64,000 bases of DNA. Origin: an uncultured Gammaproteobacteria bacterium (lineage in GTDB: Bacteria > Patescibacteriota > Patescibacteriia > UBA1558 > S5-K13). Below the pieces are notes generated by a model. That model was given only the letters and a program-made list of their open reading frames with translations, searched no databases and was not told the origin of the DNA. The stretch covers positions 70,102-134,101 of the forward strand of contig CAYRHT010000001.1 of assembly GCA_964424195.1 (NCBI GenBank), written 5' to 3'. The translations under genes were made by a program, and so were the position numbers. Each line of letters starts with the position of its first letter. Positions within the stretch are counted from its first letter, which is position 1. Positions 19,101 through 27,772 of the stretch are shown here, piece by piece.

Positions 19101-19505
19101 TTAAACAGTAGATTTAAATAACATTTCTAATATGAAATAGGCTAGAATATAGGCTCCTAAAACAATAATTAATCCGTTAACAGCCATTCTAATTCTTTGT
19201 TTTGCTTTAGTTACTCGTTCTTCATTACCTCCGGAAAACATCCATTCATAACCACCCATAACAATTAAGATTAGAAATACAATTCCAGCAAAACCTAGAA
19301 TTGTACCAACAATTTTATTTCTAGTATCTTGAAGCATCCAAAAAGTTTGCTCTATGCTTTCAGTTGTAGCATATCCTAAATTATTAGCAGTTTCATTATA
19401 ATCTTTTCTAATAGTTTCAATAGCTTCTATAGCTTTAACAGGAACTACAAAGATATTAGATAGAATAATAGTTAATATAAATATTAGAAATATTTTTTTA
19501 AACAT
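19101..19505 (-). CDS. TrbC/VirB2-type pilin (member 5)
   Basis: GGYEWMFSGGNEE core. Confidence 0.85.
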   Translation of the reverse strand: MFKKIFLIFILTIILSNIFVVPVKAIEAIETIRKDYNETANNLGYATTESIEQTFWMLQDTRNKIVGTILGFAGIVFLILIVMGGYEWMFSGGNEERVTKAKQRIRMAVNGLIIVLGAYILAYFILEMLFKSTV

Positions 19506-19508
19506 AAT

Positions 19509-19964
19509 TTAACTTGTTACAGGAGGAGTTATTAATTCATTTAAAGTTATAAATATTAAATCAACTAAAATATAAGCAGCAACAATAATTATTAATCCAA
19601 TTATGGAACTTTTTATTTTATCTTTAGCTTTTTTAATAGCTTCTTCGTTTCCACCAGAATTCATCCAACCATAACCAGCAAATATTATATTCATTAATAA
19701 TATTATTCCAATAAAGGCTAGAATATAACCAATTAATCTAGCGATAATATCCTGAGGTTCCGCTGCTATTGTTCCTGTTTCATCTGTTAAGCTTGCTTCA
19801 CTAGCACTTTTTATTAAACCATCACGAGCTTCTTTTAAAGCTGAATTAGTCTCTTCTTGAGCATGAATACTGAGAATTGGTGTTAAAACAAAAGAAATAA
19901 TGATAAAACAAAATAGTATCTTTTTTATATTTAGATTCATTTTTTTATAGGTTATATAATTCAC
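19509..19964 (-). CDS. TrbC/VirB2-type pilin (member 4)
   Basis: AGYGWMNSGGNEE core; GTG start preceded by GAGGAG (an ATG ~24 nt downstream is an alternative). Confidence 0.85.
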   Translation of the reverse strand: MNYITYKKMNLNIKKILFCFIIISFVLTPILSIHAQEETNSALKEARDGLIKSASEASLTDETGTIAAEPQDIIARLIGYILAFIGIILLMNIIFAGYGWMNSGGNEEAIKKAKDKIKSSIIGLIIIVAAYILVDLIFITLNELITPPVTS

Positions 19965-19969
19965 ATCTC

Positions 19970-19994
19970 CTCGCTCTATATAATATAAAGCGAG
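19970..19994 (-). promoter_or_regulatory. Stem-loop between pilin 3 and pilin 4, overlapping the SD of pilin 4
   Basis: Minus strand CTCGCTTTATA-tta-TATAGAGCGAG then GAGATGTG. Confidence 0.5.
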
Positions 19995-20013
19995 AAATCT
20001 AAACTATATTTTT

Positions 20014-20409
20014 TTAAACACTATCACCTAAAGATCCGCCAATTGTACCAACAACATAGGTAGCAATTGCGTAAGCAGCTAGGATGATAATTAGACCAAC
20101 TACACCGGCTCCTAATAATTTTTTAGCTTCTCCAACTTTTTCTTCATTTCCACCAGAAGTCATCCATTTAAAACCACCAATTAGAATCATAACTAGAGCT
20201 ATCAAGCCTAATAATCCTAAAAGAGTGTTAATTAGATTAACAGCAGTACCTTCTAGGTCTCCTTCTGCTAGATTGGGAACCGTTGGGACCGTAATTCCAT
20301 CTCCAGAATCTGGTGGGGTATTACCGGTTTGAGCAAATACTCCTACAGCAGATACAGCGAAAACGAAAATTAAGACGAAACTAATAATGTTTTTAGTTAG
20401 TTTTGACAT
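20014..20409 (-). CDS. TrbC/VirB2-type pilin (member 3, probable major subunit)
   Basis: GGFKWMTSGGNEE core; long structured upstream region and AAAGGA SD; Gly/Ala-rich. Confidence 0.88.
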   Translation of the reverse strand: MSKLTKNIISFVLIFVFAVSAVGVFAQTGNTPPDSGDGITVPTVPNLAEGDLEGTAVNLINTLLGLLGLIALVMILIGGFKWMTSGGNEEKVGEAKKLLGAGVVGLIIILAAYAIATYVVGTIGGSLGDSV

Positions 20410-20564
20410 TTTGTTTTTCTTCCTTTCTTTTTCTCATTTAACTTAACGTTAAATGAGCTTAATGTCTCGTTATTTATACGAGCTTTTATTATTTATATAA
20501 ATTATATACAACTTAATATATCTATTATACTATTTTTTATGAAAATTGTATAATGTTTTAATTT

Positions 20565-20915
20565 CTATTGTTCACCACCCAGTATCTTAAATACTAGATT
20601 TAAGACAGAATAACTAGTAAAGATAGTTACTATTCCTAAAACTGCCCAAATTAAAATTCCCTTTCCCTTTTTAATCTTTTCTTCATTTCCACCAGAGGTC
20701 ATCCAAGTTAAGCCACCGAAAATAAACATTAATAGAGCTAGAGAACCAACTACACCTAGAGCACCTTTAATAATTCTACCAATTAAGTCTGGAATACTTG
20801 TAGTCCCTAGAGGATTTGTTAGTTCATTGTCAGCTGTCGTTGCATAGCATACTCCAATTGAAGAAACAAGTACTAGTGAGATTAGTAAAAAACTAATTAT
20901 TTTTTTGTTTTTCAT
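20565..20915 (-). CDS. TrbC/VirB2-type pilin (member 2)
   Basis: LTNPLG; GGLTWMTSGGNEE core. Confidence 0.87.
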   Translation of the reverse strand: MKNKKIISFLLISLVLVSSIGVCYATTADNELTNPLGTTSIPDLIGRIIKGALGVVGSLALLMFIFGGLTWMTSGGNEEKIKKGKGILIWAVLGIVTIFTSYSVLNLVFKILGGEQ

Positions 20916-20928
20916 TTTAAATATTTTA

Positions 20929-21513
20929 TTATTTAAATTCTGTTGATTCTAATTTGAAGTTTTTATCTTCTTCAGCTTTTTCTATTAAAGTATCTTGAAC
21001 AAAACTTATTATCATATAAGCACCTAAGAAAATAACTAGTCCAATAATAGTTTGAACCATCATGGTTCGAGCACTTTTAATCTTTTCTTCACTGCCTCCA
21101 GAAAATATCATTTGAATACCAGCAATAATAAAGAATAGGAGAGCTACACTACCAACGATTCCTAATAATTGTTTAGAAATACTAATAGCTTTATATACTA
21201 GATCTTTCACATCATATTCACCATATTCTCTAAGGCATTCTTCTATGTTAATTTGTTTATAACATTGAGCACCTTTACACTTTCCATCTTCAAATAGTTC
21301 TTGGTCTTTACAATTTTCTTCTTTAGTTGTCTCCCAATATATTCCATCTTGATTCTTGTCTTTACCTTCTGCATCTCGACATTTAAGGTCTTTAGTGTCA
21401 AATGCTTTACATTCAAAGACATCCTTAGCATAAACAATCGGAATATTAACAACATTTAGAAGGATAGTTATTAAAAAGACTGTTAATATACTAAGTTTTA
21501 TTTTTCTAGACAT
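20929..21513 (-). CDS. TrbC/VirB2-type pilin with Cys-rich N-terminal domain (member 1)
   Basis: Six Cys in the N-terminal domain; AGIQMIFSGGSEE core. Confidence 0.82.
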   Translation of the reverse strand: MSRKIKLSILTVFLITILLNVVNIPIVYAKDVFECKAFDTKDLKCRDAEGKDKNQDGIYWETTKEENCKDQELFEDGKCKGAQCYKQINIEECLREYGEYDVKDLVYKAISISKQLLGIVGSVALLFFIIAGIQMIFSGGSEEKIKSARTMMVQTIIGLVIFLGAYMIISFVQDTLIEKAEEDKNFKLESTEFK

Positions 21514-22896
21514 TTATTTAATGGTTTGATTTATTCTGGTAGCTGTATTTTTTAATAAGTTTCTAATTGCTTTATCTACTAAATTATCATTTTTTATCTT
21601 ATCAACTAATTCTATAATAGCTTTCTCAGCTTCAGCTAGTGATTCTCCTCGATACCATGATTGAGCAGTTAAGATTTGATCAACGAATGGTTTAATTTCT
21701 AGATTCTGAGCTTGGACATCTTTAAGAGATTTTAGAGCAGTTGGTTTATTAGTTTCTTCTAGATATATTTTAACATTTTCTTTCCTAGTAGCAAAATCAA
21801 TAAATCCCCAAGCAGCATCTCTATGTTTAGTTTTATGAGAAACTGTCATTAACCAATAATTAGCAAAGTTTGTTGGTCGAAGAGTATTAGAGATTTGAGG
21901 TACTGGAGCAGTTTTTAAATTAAACTTATCAGTAGTTCTGGATTTAATTTGTTTAAGATGGTAAGGATAGCCAAAAAAGAAAGCTACTTGTCCATTAATA
22001 AAGGCATCTAAAGCATTATCCTGATCTTTATTCCAAGAGTAAACTTCTTTAATTGGATTAGAATAATCATTGTAAAAGTTAATAGCTTCCATAACTAAAT
22101 CTTGATTTTCTGGATTTTCAAAATTAATTCTATTATTAGGAGTTAATAAGTCAACTCCATTTTGGAGCATTAAAAGTACTAAAATATCAACAGCATTAGT
22201 AATATTATTTGTTGTTCCCAGAGCAGTTCCAGATTGTTCAAAGCTATTATTCTCATTCAGGAGACTAATATTTTTAACCATGCTATTAAATTCAGTCCAA
22301 GTTTTTGGTGGATAGGAAATATTAGCATATCTTAACAAATCTTCGTTATAGAATAATCCCAGAGTATCTAAACTTAAGGGTAGTCCATAGATTTCATTTT
22401 CTTTGACCACATCTTCATAAACTACATTGGCATAATTTTGAACCAAGTCATTTAATGATGTTGTCCGAACCTCTTTAACGCTATCAATAATATCTGTCTT
22501 TTGAAAACCACCAATACCACTTGATTTTACTTCACGATAAGGGAGTATAATTTTAGCTGGGAGAGGAGTAATTTTACTCTTATACTCTGCTAACCAATCA
22601 TTCGGTAAGAAATAGATATCTGGACCACGATCTTCTGCCCAAGCTTCTAATAATTGTTGTTCGTATTCATCAATACCAAATTTTTTGTAATTAATAGAGA
22701 TAGTTGGGTGCAGTTTTTTGTAGCCATCAAATAATGGTTTCAAACTAGTACTATCTTCATAAACTGACCAGACATTTAGAGTTAGAGGTTTAAGTTGAAC
22801 AGCTTTTCTTTTAAAAGGATTATTAGTACATCCAAATCCAGAAGTAATTAAGATTACAAAAACAAAACCGAGGATAATTAGTTTATTTTTAGACAT
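21514..22896 (-). CDS. Extracellular solute-binding lipoprotein (sugar ABC SBP family 1-like)
   Basis: GFGC lipobox, GPDIY, YGLPLSLDTLGLFYN, PPKTW.E, F..G..A, AAWGFIDF. Confidence 0.88.
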   Translation of the reverse strand: MSKNKLIILGFVFVILITSGFGCTNNPFKRKAVQLKPLTLNVWSVYEDSTSLKPLFDGYKKLHPTISINYKKFGIDEYEQQLLEAWAEDRGPDIYFLPNDWLAEYKSKITPLPAKIILPYREVKSSGIGGFQKTDIIDSVKEVRTTSLNDLVQNYANVVYEDVVKENEIYGLPLSLDTLGLFYNEDLLRYANISYPPKTWTEFNSMVKNISLLNENNSFEQSGTALGTTNNITNAVDILVLLMLQNGVDLLTPNNRINFENPENQDLVMEAINFYNDYSNPIKEVYSWNKDQDNALDAFINGQVAFFFGYPYHLKQIKSRTTDKFNLKTAPVPQISNTLRPTNFANYWLMTVSHKTKHRDAAWGFIDFATRKENVKIYLEETNKPTALKSLKDVQAQNLEIKPFVDQILTAQSWYRGESLAEAEKAIIELVDKIKNDNLVDKAIRNLLKNTATRINQTIK

Positions 22897-22915
22897 ATTT
22901 TAGATATTTAAATTA

Positions 22916-23791
22916 TTAAAAAGTCTTTTTTAAGTATTTTTTTAACTCTTTACCAATTTCTTTATGCTCTAAAGCAAAATCAATAGTAGCTTTAATAAAT
23001 TCTAACTTATTACCACAATCATAATATTTTCCATTTTCTATTTCACAAGCATAAAGAGGAACACCTTGTTTTTTTAGAGCATTAATAGCGTCTACTAACC
23101 AGACTTCTCCGCCTTTACCTCTTTTGGTTTTTTCTAAAACTTTAAATATTTCGGGAGGTAAAATATATGCTCCTAATAGAGCTAGGTTTGAAGGAGCGTT
23201 CTTAGGATTTGGTTTCTCTACTATATTCTTTATCTCGTAGACATTATCTTCTATTTTTTTAACATCAGCTACACCATATCTAGCTAAATCTTTCTTGTTT
23301 TTTATTCTTAATCCAGAAATAACCATCCCACCATATTTTTCATAAACTTTAATCATTTGTTTTAGTCTTGGTGGCTGAGAATGAATAAACTCATCGCCCC
23401 AAACAACAGCAAAAGCTTCGTCACCAACTACATCCTTAGCGTTTAAAACTGGAGTACCATTACCGTAAGGACCTTTTTGTCTAATATAAATAAAGTTAGC
23501 TAAATCAGCTATCTTTTTAATTTCTTGTCTTTGTTTATTCTTACCTTGTTTTTTAAGCCAGTTTTGTAATTCATAATTGTAATCAAAATGATCTTCAATG
23601 GCTCTTTTGCTACTGCCAGTAACTATAACCACATCTTTAATACCAGATGCTACCACTTCTTCAACAACATATTGAATGATAGGCTTATCTACTACGGGTA
23701 ACATTTCTTTAGGTTGGGCTTTAGTAGCAGGTAGAAATCTAGTTCCTAATCCAGCTGCCGGGATAACTACTTTTCTAATCTTATTTTTCAT
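22916..23791 (-). CDS. galU: UTP--glucose-1-phosphate uridylyltransferase
   Basis: VIPAAGLGTRFLPATKAQPKEMLP, VEKP, YDCGNK. Confidence 0.96.
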   Translation of the reverse strand: MKNKIRKVVIPAAGLGTRFLPATKAQPKEMLPVVDKPIIQYVVEEVVASGIKDVVIVTGSSKRAIEDHFDYNYELQNWLKKQGKNKQRQEIKKIADLANFIYIRQKGPYGNGTPVLNAKDVVGDEAFAVVWGDEFIHSQPPRLKQMIKVYEKYGGMVISGLRIKNKKDLARYGVADVKKIEDNVYEIKNIVEKPNPKNAPSNLALLGAYILPPEIFKVLEKTKRGKGGEVWLVDAINALKKQGVPLYACEIENGKYYDCGNKLEFIKATIDFALEHKEIGKELKKYLKKTF

Positions 23792-23915
23792 ATAATTAAA
23801 AACTCAAATTTATTATTTAATTCGATATGTTTATTATACTAATAATTCCTAGTTTAGGTCAATCTAATTTTTTAATTTAATTTGTAGTTTTCCCTATTTA
23901 TTGTATTATTAACTT

Positions 23916-24833
23916 ATGAAAAAATTTATATGTCAGGAAAATAAAATTAGGTTAGATAAATTTTTAGTTGAAAGACTAAAGAGTTTGTCGCGTTCTAAAA
24001 TTCAACACCTAATTGAAGATGGGCAAGTAAAAGTTAATTCAGAAATTGTTAATAAAAAACACCATTGGTTGGATGAGAAGGATAAAGTTGAGATATTACT
24101 TGCACCTTCGGGTCCCGTTGCTAAGAAAAAAGCCTCTTGTTTTAAAAAAGATATTAAAGTCGTCAAGAAAGCTAAAGATTATGTAGTTATAGAAAAGCCT
24201 TCTGGTTTGATTGTTCATGGAACTAAAGAAATTCACGAATATTCTCTAGCTGATTGGTTGATTAAAAAATATCCTCAGATTAAAAAAGTAGGAGATGATA
24301 TTGAATTCAGACCAGGCATAGTTCATCGTTTGGATAAGAAAGTTTCTGGTCTAATGGTTGTAGCTTTAAATCAAGAATCTTTTGAAAACTTAAAAGAACA
24401 GTTTAAAGACCGGAGTGTAACTAAAAAATATTTAGCTTTAGTTCATGATCAGATGGAAGAGTATGATGGAAAAGTAGATTTTCCAATTGAGCGTTCTAAG
24501 AGAAGTGGTAAAATGGTAGCTAAGCCAAAGCATTTTGATGAAAAAGAAGCTTTAACTCTTTGGGAGACTAAAGAAAAATTTGCTCATCATACTTTATTAG
24601 ATGTTCAAATTAAAACTGGAAGAAATCATCAGATTAGAGCCCATATGCAAGCTATTAATCATCCAGTTGTTGGTGATGATTTGTATAATATTAAAGGGAA
24701 TAAGGATAAATTTAATTTAAAAAGAGTTTTTTTACACGCTTATCGTTTAGAGTTTAGAGATTTGAATGGTGAATTACAAAAATTTGAAATAGATTTGCCA
24801 GAAGATTTAAAAAATGTAATTGAAGAACTATGA
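23916..24833 (+). CDS. RluA/RluD-family pseudouridine synthase with S4 domain
   Basis: RLDKFL, KPSGL.VH, RPGIVHRLDK, TGRNHQIRAH, FLHA. Confidence 0.95.
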   Translation: MKKFICQENKIRLDKFLVERLKSLSRSKIQHLIEDGQVKVNSEIVNKKHHWLDEKDKVEILLAPSGPVAKKKASCFKKDIKVVKKAKDYVVIEKPSGLIVHGTKEIHEYSLADWLIKKYPQIKKVGDDIEFRPGIVHRLDKKVSGLMVVALNQESFENLKEQFKDRSVTKKYLALVHDQMEEYDGKVDFPIERSKRSGKMVAKPKHFDEKEALTLWETKEKFAHHTLLDVQIKTGRNHQIRAHMQAINHPVVGDDLYNIKGNKDKFNLKRVFLHAYRLEFRDLNGELQKFEIDLPEDLKNVIEEL

Positions 24834-25336
24834 AAAAAGAAATAAATAATTTAGTATTCATAGATGGTCAAAATTTATATATGGGAACTAATTCAGAAAA
24901 ACCAAAATGGGAAGTTGATCTTTTTAAATTTAGAGAGTATTTATTAAAGAAATATAAAGTTAAGGATGCTTATTATTTTTTAGGTTTTGTAAATGAGGAA
25001 AATAATGATTTATATGAAATGATCCAGAAAGCTGGTTTTGTTTTAAAGTTTAGAGAACATAATTCTGTTATGATTGGAAAGAAGAAGGGAAATGTAGATT
25101 CAGATATAATTTTTGATATAATGAAGAGGATTTACAAAAAAGAGGAGTTTGATAAGATTATTTTAGTTTCTGGTGATGGAGATTATAAAATGTTAGTAGA
25201 TTTTTTAATCGAAGAGGAAAAATTTGAAAAGATACTTTTTCCGAATAAACAATTCGCTTCTTCCCTTTATAAAGGACTTAAACCAGAATATTTTGATTAT
25301 TTGGTAAATATTAAAAGTAAGATTGAACGGAAATAA
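24830..25336 (+). CDS. NYN-domain (PIN-like) ribonuclease
   Basis: FIDGQNL, KKGNVDSDI, LVSGDGDY acidic motifs; ATGA overlap with the upstream gene. Confidence 0.9.
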   Translation: MKKEINNLVFIDGQNLYMGTNSEKPKWEVDLFKFREYLLKKYKVKDAYYFLGFVNEENNDLYEMIQKAGFVLKFREHNSVMIGKKKGNVDSDIIFDIMKRIYKKEEFDKIILVSGDGDYKMLVDFLIEEEKFEKILFPNKQFASSLYKGLKPEYFDYLVNIKSKIERK

Positions 25337-25385
25337 AAAAGGGTCTCCTTAGGTAGTTAACCGTTCGGATTCCCTTCGTCTTAAT
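25335..25385 (-). ncRNA. Candidate small structured RNA convergent with the NYN gene
   Basis: Minus-strand promoter at 25392-25419; predicted transcript GACGAAGGGAATCCGAACGGTTAACTACCTAAGGAGACCCTTTTTT folds into an interrupted hairpin with a U tail; no ORF. Confidence 0.45.
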
Positions 25386-25391
25386 ATTTAT

Positions 25392-25419
25392 ATTATATAG
25401 ATTATATAGATAATGTCAA
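25392..25419 (-). promoter_or_regulatory. Orphan antisense sigma70 promoter
   Basis: Reverse strand TTGACA (25419-25414), 16 bp, TATAAT (25397-25392), between two plus-strand genes. Confidence 0.6.
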
Positions 25420-25437
25420 GTAAAAAAATAGAAAATT

Positions 25438-26004
25438 ATGAAGAATAAAATTTTTGCTATTGCTGGACCTTCGGGGGCTGGAAAAACAACAATTATTAAT
25501 TTAATTTTAGAGAGAAATAATAATTTACAAAAAGTTTTAACTTCCACTACTAGAATAATTCGAGAGGGAGAAAAAAATGGAGTAAATTATAATTTTTATA
25601 GCATAGAAGAATTTCAGGATAAACTTGCTAAGCAGGAATTTTTGGAAAATGAAAAAGTTCATTCAAATTATTATGGAGTTGAAAAGAGAGAAGTAGAAAA
25701 AATTATTGAGGATAGTAAGGTTCCCTTGTTTGAAGTTGATGTTCGAGGAGTAATGACAATTAAAAAAATAATACCAAATTTAAGAACTATTTTTATTCTA
25801 CCAGAGTCATCAGAACAAATAGAAAATCGTTTAAGAGAGCGTCCTAATATTACTGAAGAAGAAATTAAAACTAGATTAAAAACAGCTAAGGATGAATTAG
25901 AGATAGCTGATAGGTTTGATTATAGAGTTGTAAACGAAGAAGGAAAAATTGATAAAACCGTTCAAAAAATTGAAGATATTTTAAGAAAAGAAGAGTATAT
26001 TTAA
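25438..26004 (+). CDS. gmk: Guanylate kinase
   Basis: GPSGAGKT, TTR..R.GE..GVNY.F, FLE..VH.NYYG, EVDVRG. Confidence 0.96.
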   Translation: MKNKIFAIAGPSGAGKTTIINLILERNNNLQKVLTSTTRIIREGEKNGVNYNFYSIEEFQDKLAKQEFLENEKVHSNYYGVEKREVEKIIEDSKVPLFEVDVRGVMTIKKIIPNLRTIFILPESSEQIENRLRERPNITEEEIKTRLKTAKDELEIADRFDYRVVNEEGKIDKTVQKIEDILRKEEYI

Positions 26005-26009
26005 TTAGA

Positions 26010-26038
26010 TTGACAATAGACTATATTAATAGTAGAAT
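26010..26038 (+). promoter_or_regulatory. Promoter of the tRNA-Arg/tRNA-Lys pair
   Basis: TTGACA-17-TAGAAT. Confidence 0.75.
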
Positions 26039-26058
26039 TAGATGACAATTTATATTAT

Positions 26059-26135
26059 GCATCCGTAGCTCAACTGGATAGAGTGTCTGGCTTCGGACCA
26101 GAAGGTTGCAGGTTCGAATCCTGCCGGGTGTACCA
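26059..26135 (+). tRNA. tRNA-Arg(TCG)
   Basis: GCATCCG...TCTGG-CT-TCG-GA-CCAGA...GGTTCGAATCC...CGGGTGT-A-CCA, 77 nt. Confidence 0.95.
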
Positions 26136-26160
26136 TTTTGGTATTAAATTGTAATATTAT

Positions 26161-26236
26161 GCGCCGTTAGCTCAGTTGGTAGAGCAGTTGCCTCTTAAGC
26201 AAATGGTCGCAGGTTCAAATCCTGCACGGCGTACCA
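26161..26236 (+). tRNA. tRNA-Lys(CTT)
   Basis: GCGCCGT...TTGC-CT-CTT-AA-GCAA...GGTTCAAATCC...ACGGCGT-A-CCA, 76 nt. Confidence 0.95.
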
Positions 26237-26263
26237 AAACTTTGTTTTAAACAGAGTTTTTTT
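26236..26263. terminator. Terminator between the tRNAs and the convergent peptidase
   Basis: AAAACTTTGTTT-TAAACAGAGTTTTTT. Confidence 0.55.
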
Positions 26264-27431
26264 ATTTTATATAACTTAAAGGGTTTTGTTTGTATCCATT
26301 AACTCTAACTTCAAAATGCAAATGTGATCCAGTTGACCAACCAGTTGATCCCATAGCCATAATAGTTTGTCCTCGTGATACTTTTTCTCCTTTTTTAACA
26401 TACAACTTAGAAGCATGAGCATAAAGAGTTTGCATCCCATTTCCATGATCAACAATTAGATAGTAACCATAACCACCTCTACTCCAACCAGCAGTAGTAA
26501 CTGTTCCAGATTCAGCAGCATAAATAGGGGTGCCTAAAGGAGCTCCAATATCAATAGCTGCATGTCTCCACCAATAGTATTGAGTAATTCTTCGAGCACT
26601 ACTTGGCCATAATAGTCTAGTATTAGTATTTACATTTTTAGGAGTATTAAATATTGAACTAGGTTTAGTATAGGTAGTAACAACTGCTGCTGGTTTAACA
26701 CCATCAGGAATTATTAAATTATTTCCAATAGCTACTTGATCAACAGAACTTAATTTATTAGCCTCCAATATCTTATCAACTTCAGATTTGTATTTTTTAG
26801 CGATAGTAGATAATGATTCTCCTTTTTTAACTTTATGCAAAAGCCCAGTAGTTGGAAGTATTTTTATACTTTTACCAGGTCTAATTACAGAATAGTAAGT
26901 TAAATTATTACTCCATAGTATAGTAGCAACACTAATATCAAATTTTTGAGCAATACCACTAATAGTATCTCCCTCTTCAACAACATAATCAATTACTTTG
27001 TTCCGTGGTCCTTGTTTAGCTGCTTCTTCAGATATAGTAGTAGCTACTAAAGCAGTTTCTTCATTAGCAGTCATAGCGGGAGTTGGAGTATTATCAGAAA
27101 TATTTACTACAGCTTGAGGTAGAGGAGCTTCAATGGTAGCCTGTTCTGCTTCAACATTTTTCTTAGCAATAACTGCTGGACCTTCCTCTTCAATAATTTC
27201 ATCGTTATTAAAAAATTCATCAGTTTCTCGAATAACTATTTTAGACATAATAGTATTTTTACCAAATTCTTCTGGTTCAGGTAATTTAGCAAATAGATTA
27301 TTAGCAATTGTTAAAAAACCAATTCCAATTAAAAGTACATAAGTTAAAGTTTTTTTAAATTTTAATTGATAGTATTGAATATGCTTGTTATTTTCAATAT
27401 CTTTTTTATTATTTTTTTCTTTTACTTTCAA
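26262..27431 (-). CDS. LysM-LysM-M23 peptidoglycan peptidase (true start probably further upstream)
   Basis: Two LysM domains (YVVEEGDTISGIA, HKVKKGESLSTIA); M23 motifs HAAID, YAH, STGSHLHFE. Confidence 0.93.
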   Translation of the reverse strand: MKVKEKNNKKDIENNKHIQYYQLKFKKTLTYVLLIGIGFLTIANNLFAKLPEPEEFGKNTIMSKIVIRETDEFFNNDEIIEEEGPAVIAKKNVEAEQATIEAPLPQAVVNISDNTPTPAMTANEETALVATTISEEAAKQGPRNKVIDYVVEEGDTISGIAQKFDISVATILWSNNLTYYSVIRPGKSIKILPTTGLLHKVKKGESLSTIAKKYKSEVDKILEANKLSSVDQVAIGNNLIIPDGVKPAAVVTTYTKPSSIFNTPKNVNTNTRLLWPSSARRITQYYWWRHAAIDIGAPLGTPIYAAESGTVTTAGWSRGGYGYYLIVDHGNGMQTLYAHASKLYVKKGEKVSRGQTIMAMGSTGWSTGSHLHFEVRVNGYKQNPLSYIK

Positions 27432-27772
27432 TGATAATCTATATGTTTTAAAGATAATTGGTTTTAGTATCTTCTGAGGTAACCAAAAAATAATCTTGAA
27501 TAAGATTGTTAAAAATTTAGATAAATAAACAAAAACAAACTTAATTGTTTTGATTAAATAAAGTAAAGAAAGTAGGAAATATCTGGTAATTTTGGTTGAA
27601 ATAATCTTAGGATTATTAATTAGGTAACAGTTATTATAGTAGAATAGAATGCTTTGAAAAGCAAGAGTAGAGTGTATTTTTCTTGCTTAAGATTGATAAA
27701 ATGATAGAATAAAGATGTAAGACTTGGAGTATGAGTTTTATATTTTTGATTTATAAAATTAAGAGTTGAAAT

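Noticed and set aside
17690-21513. Type IV pilins or a conjugative element
   Set aside because: No class III signal (G-FTLxE), and no relaxase, VirB4, VirD4 or integrase in the window.
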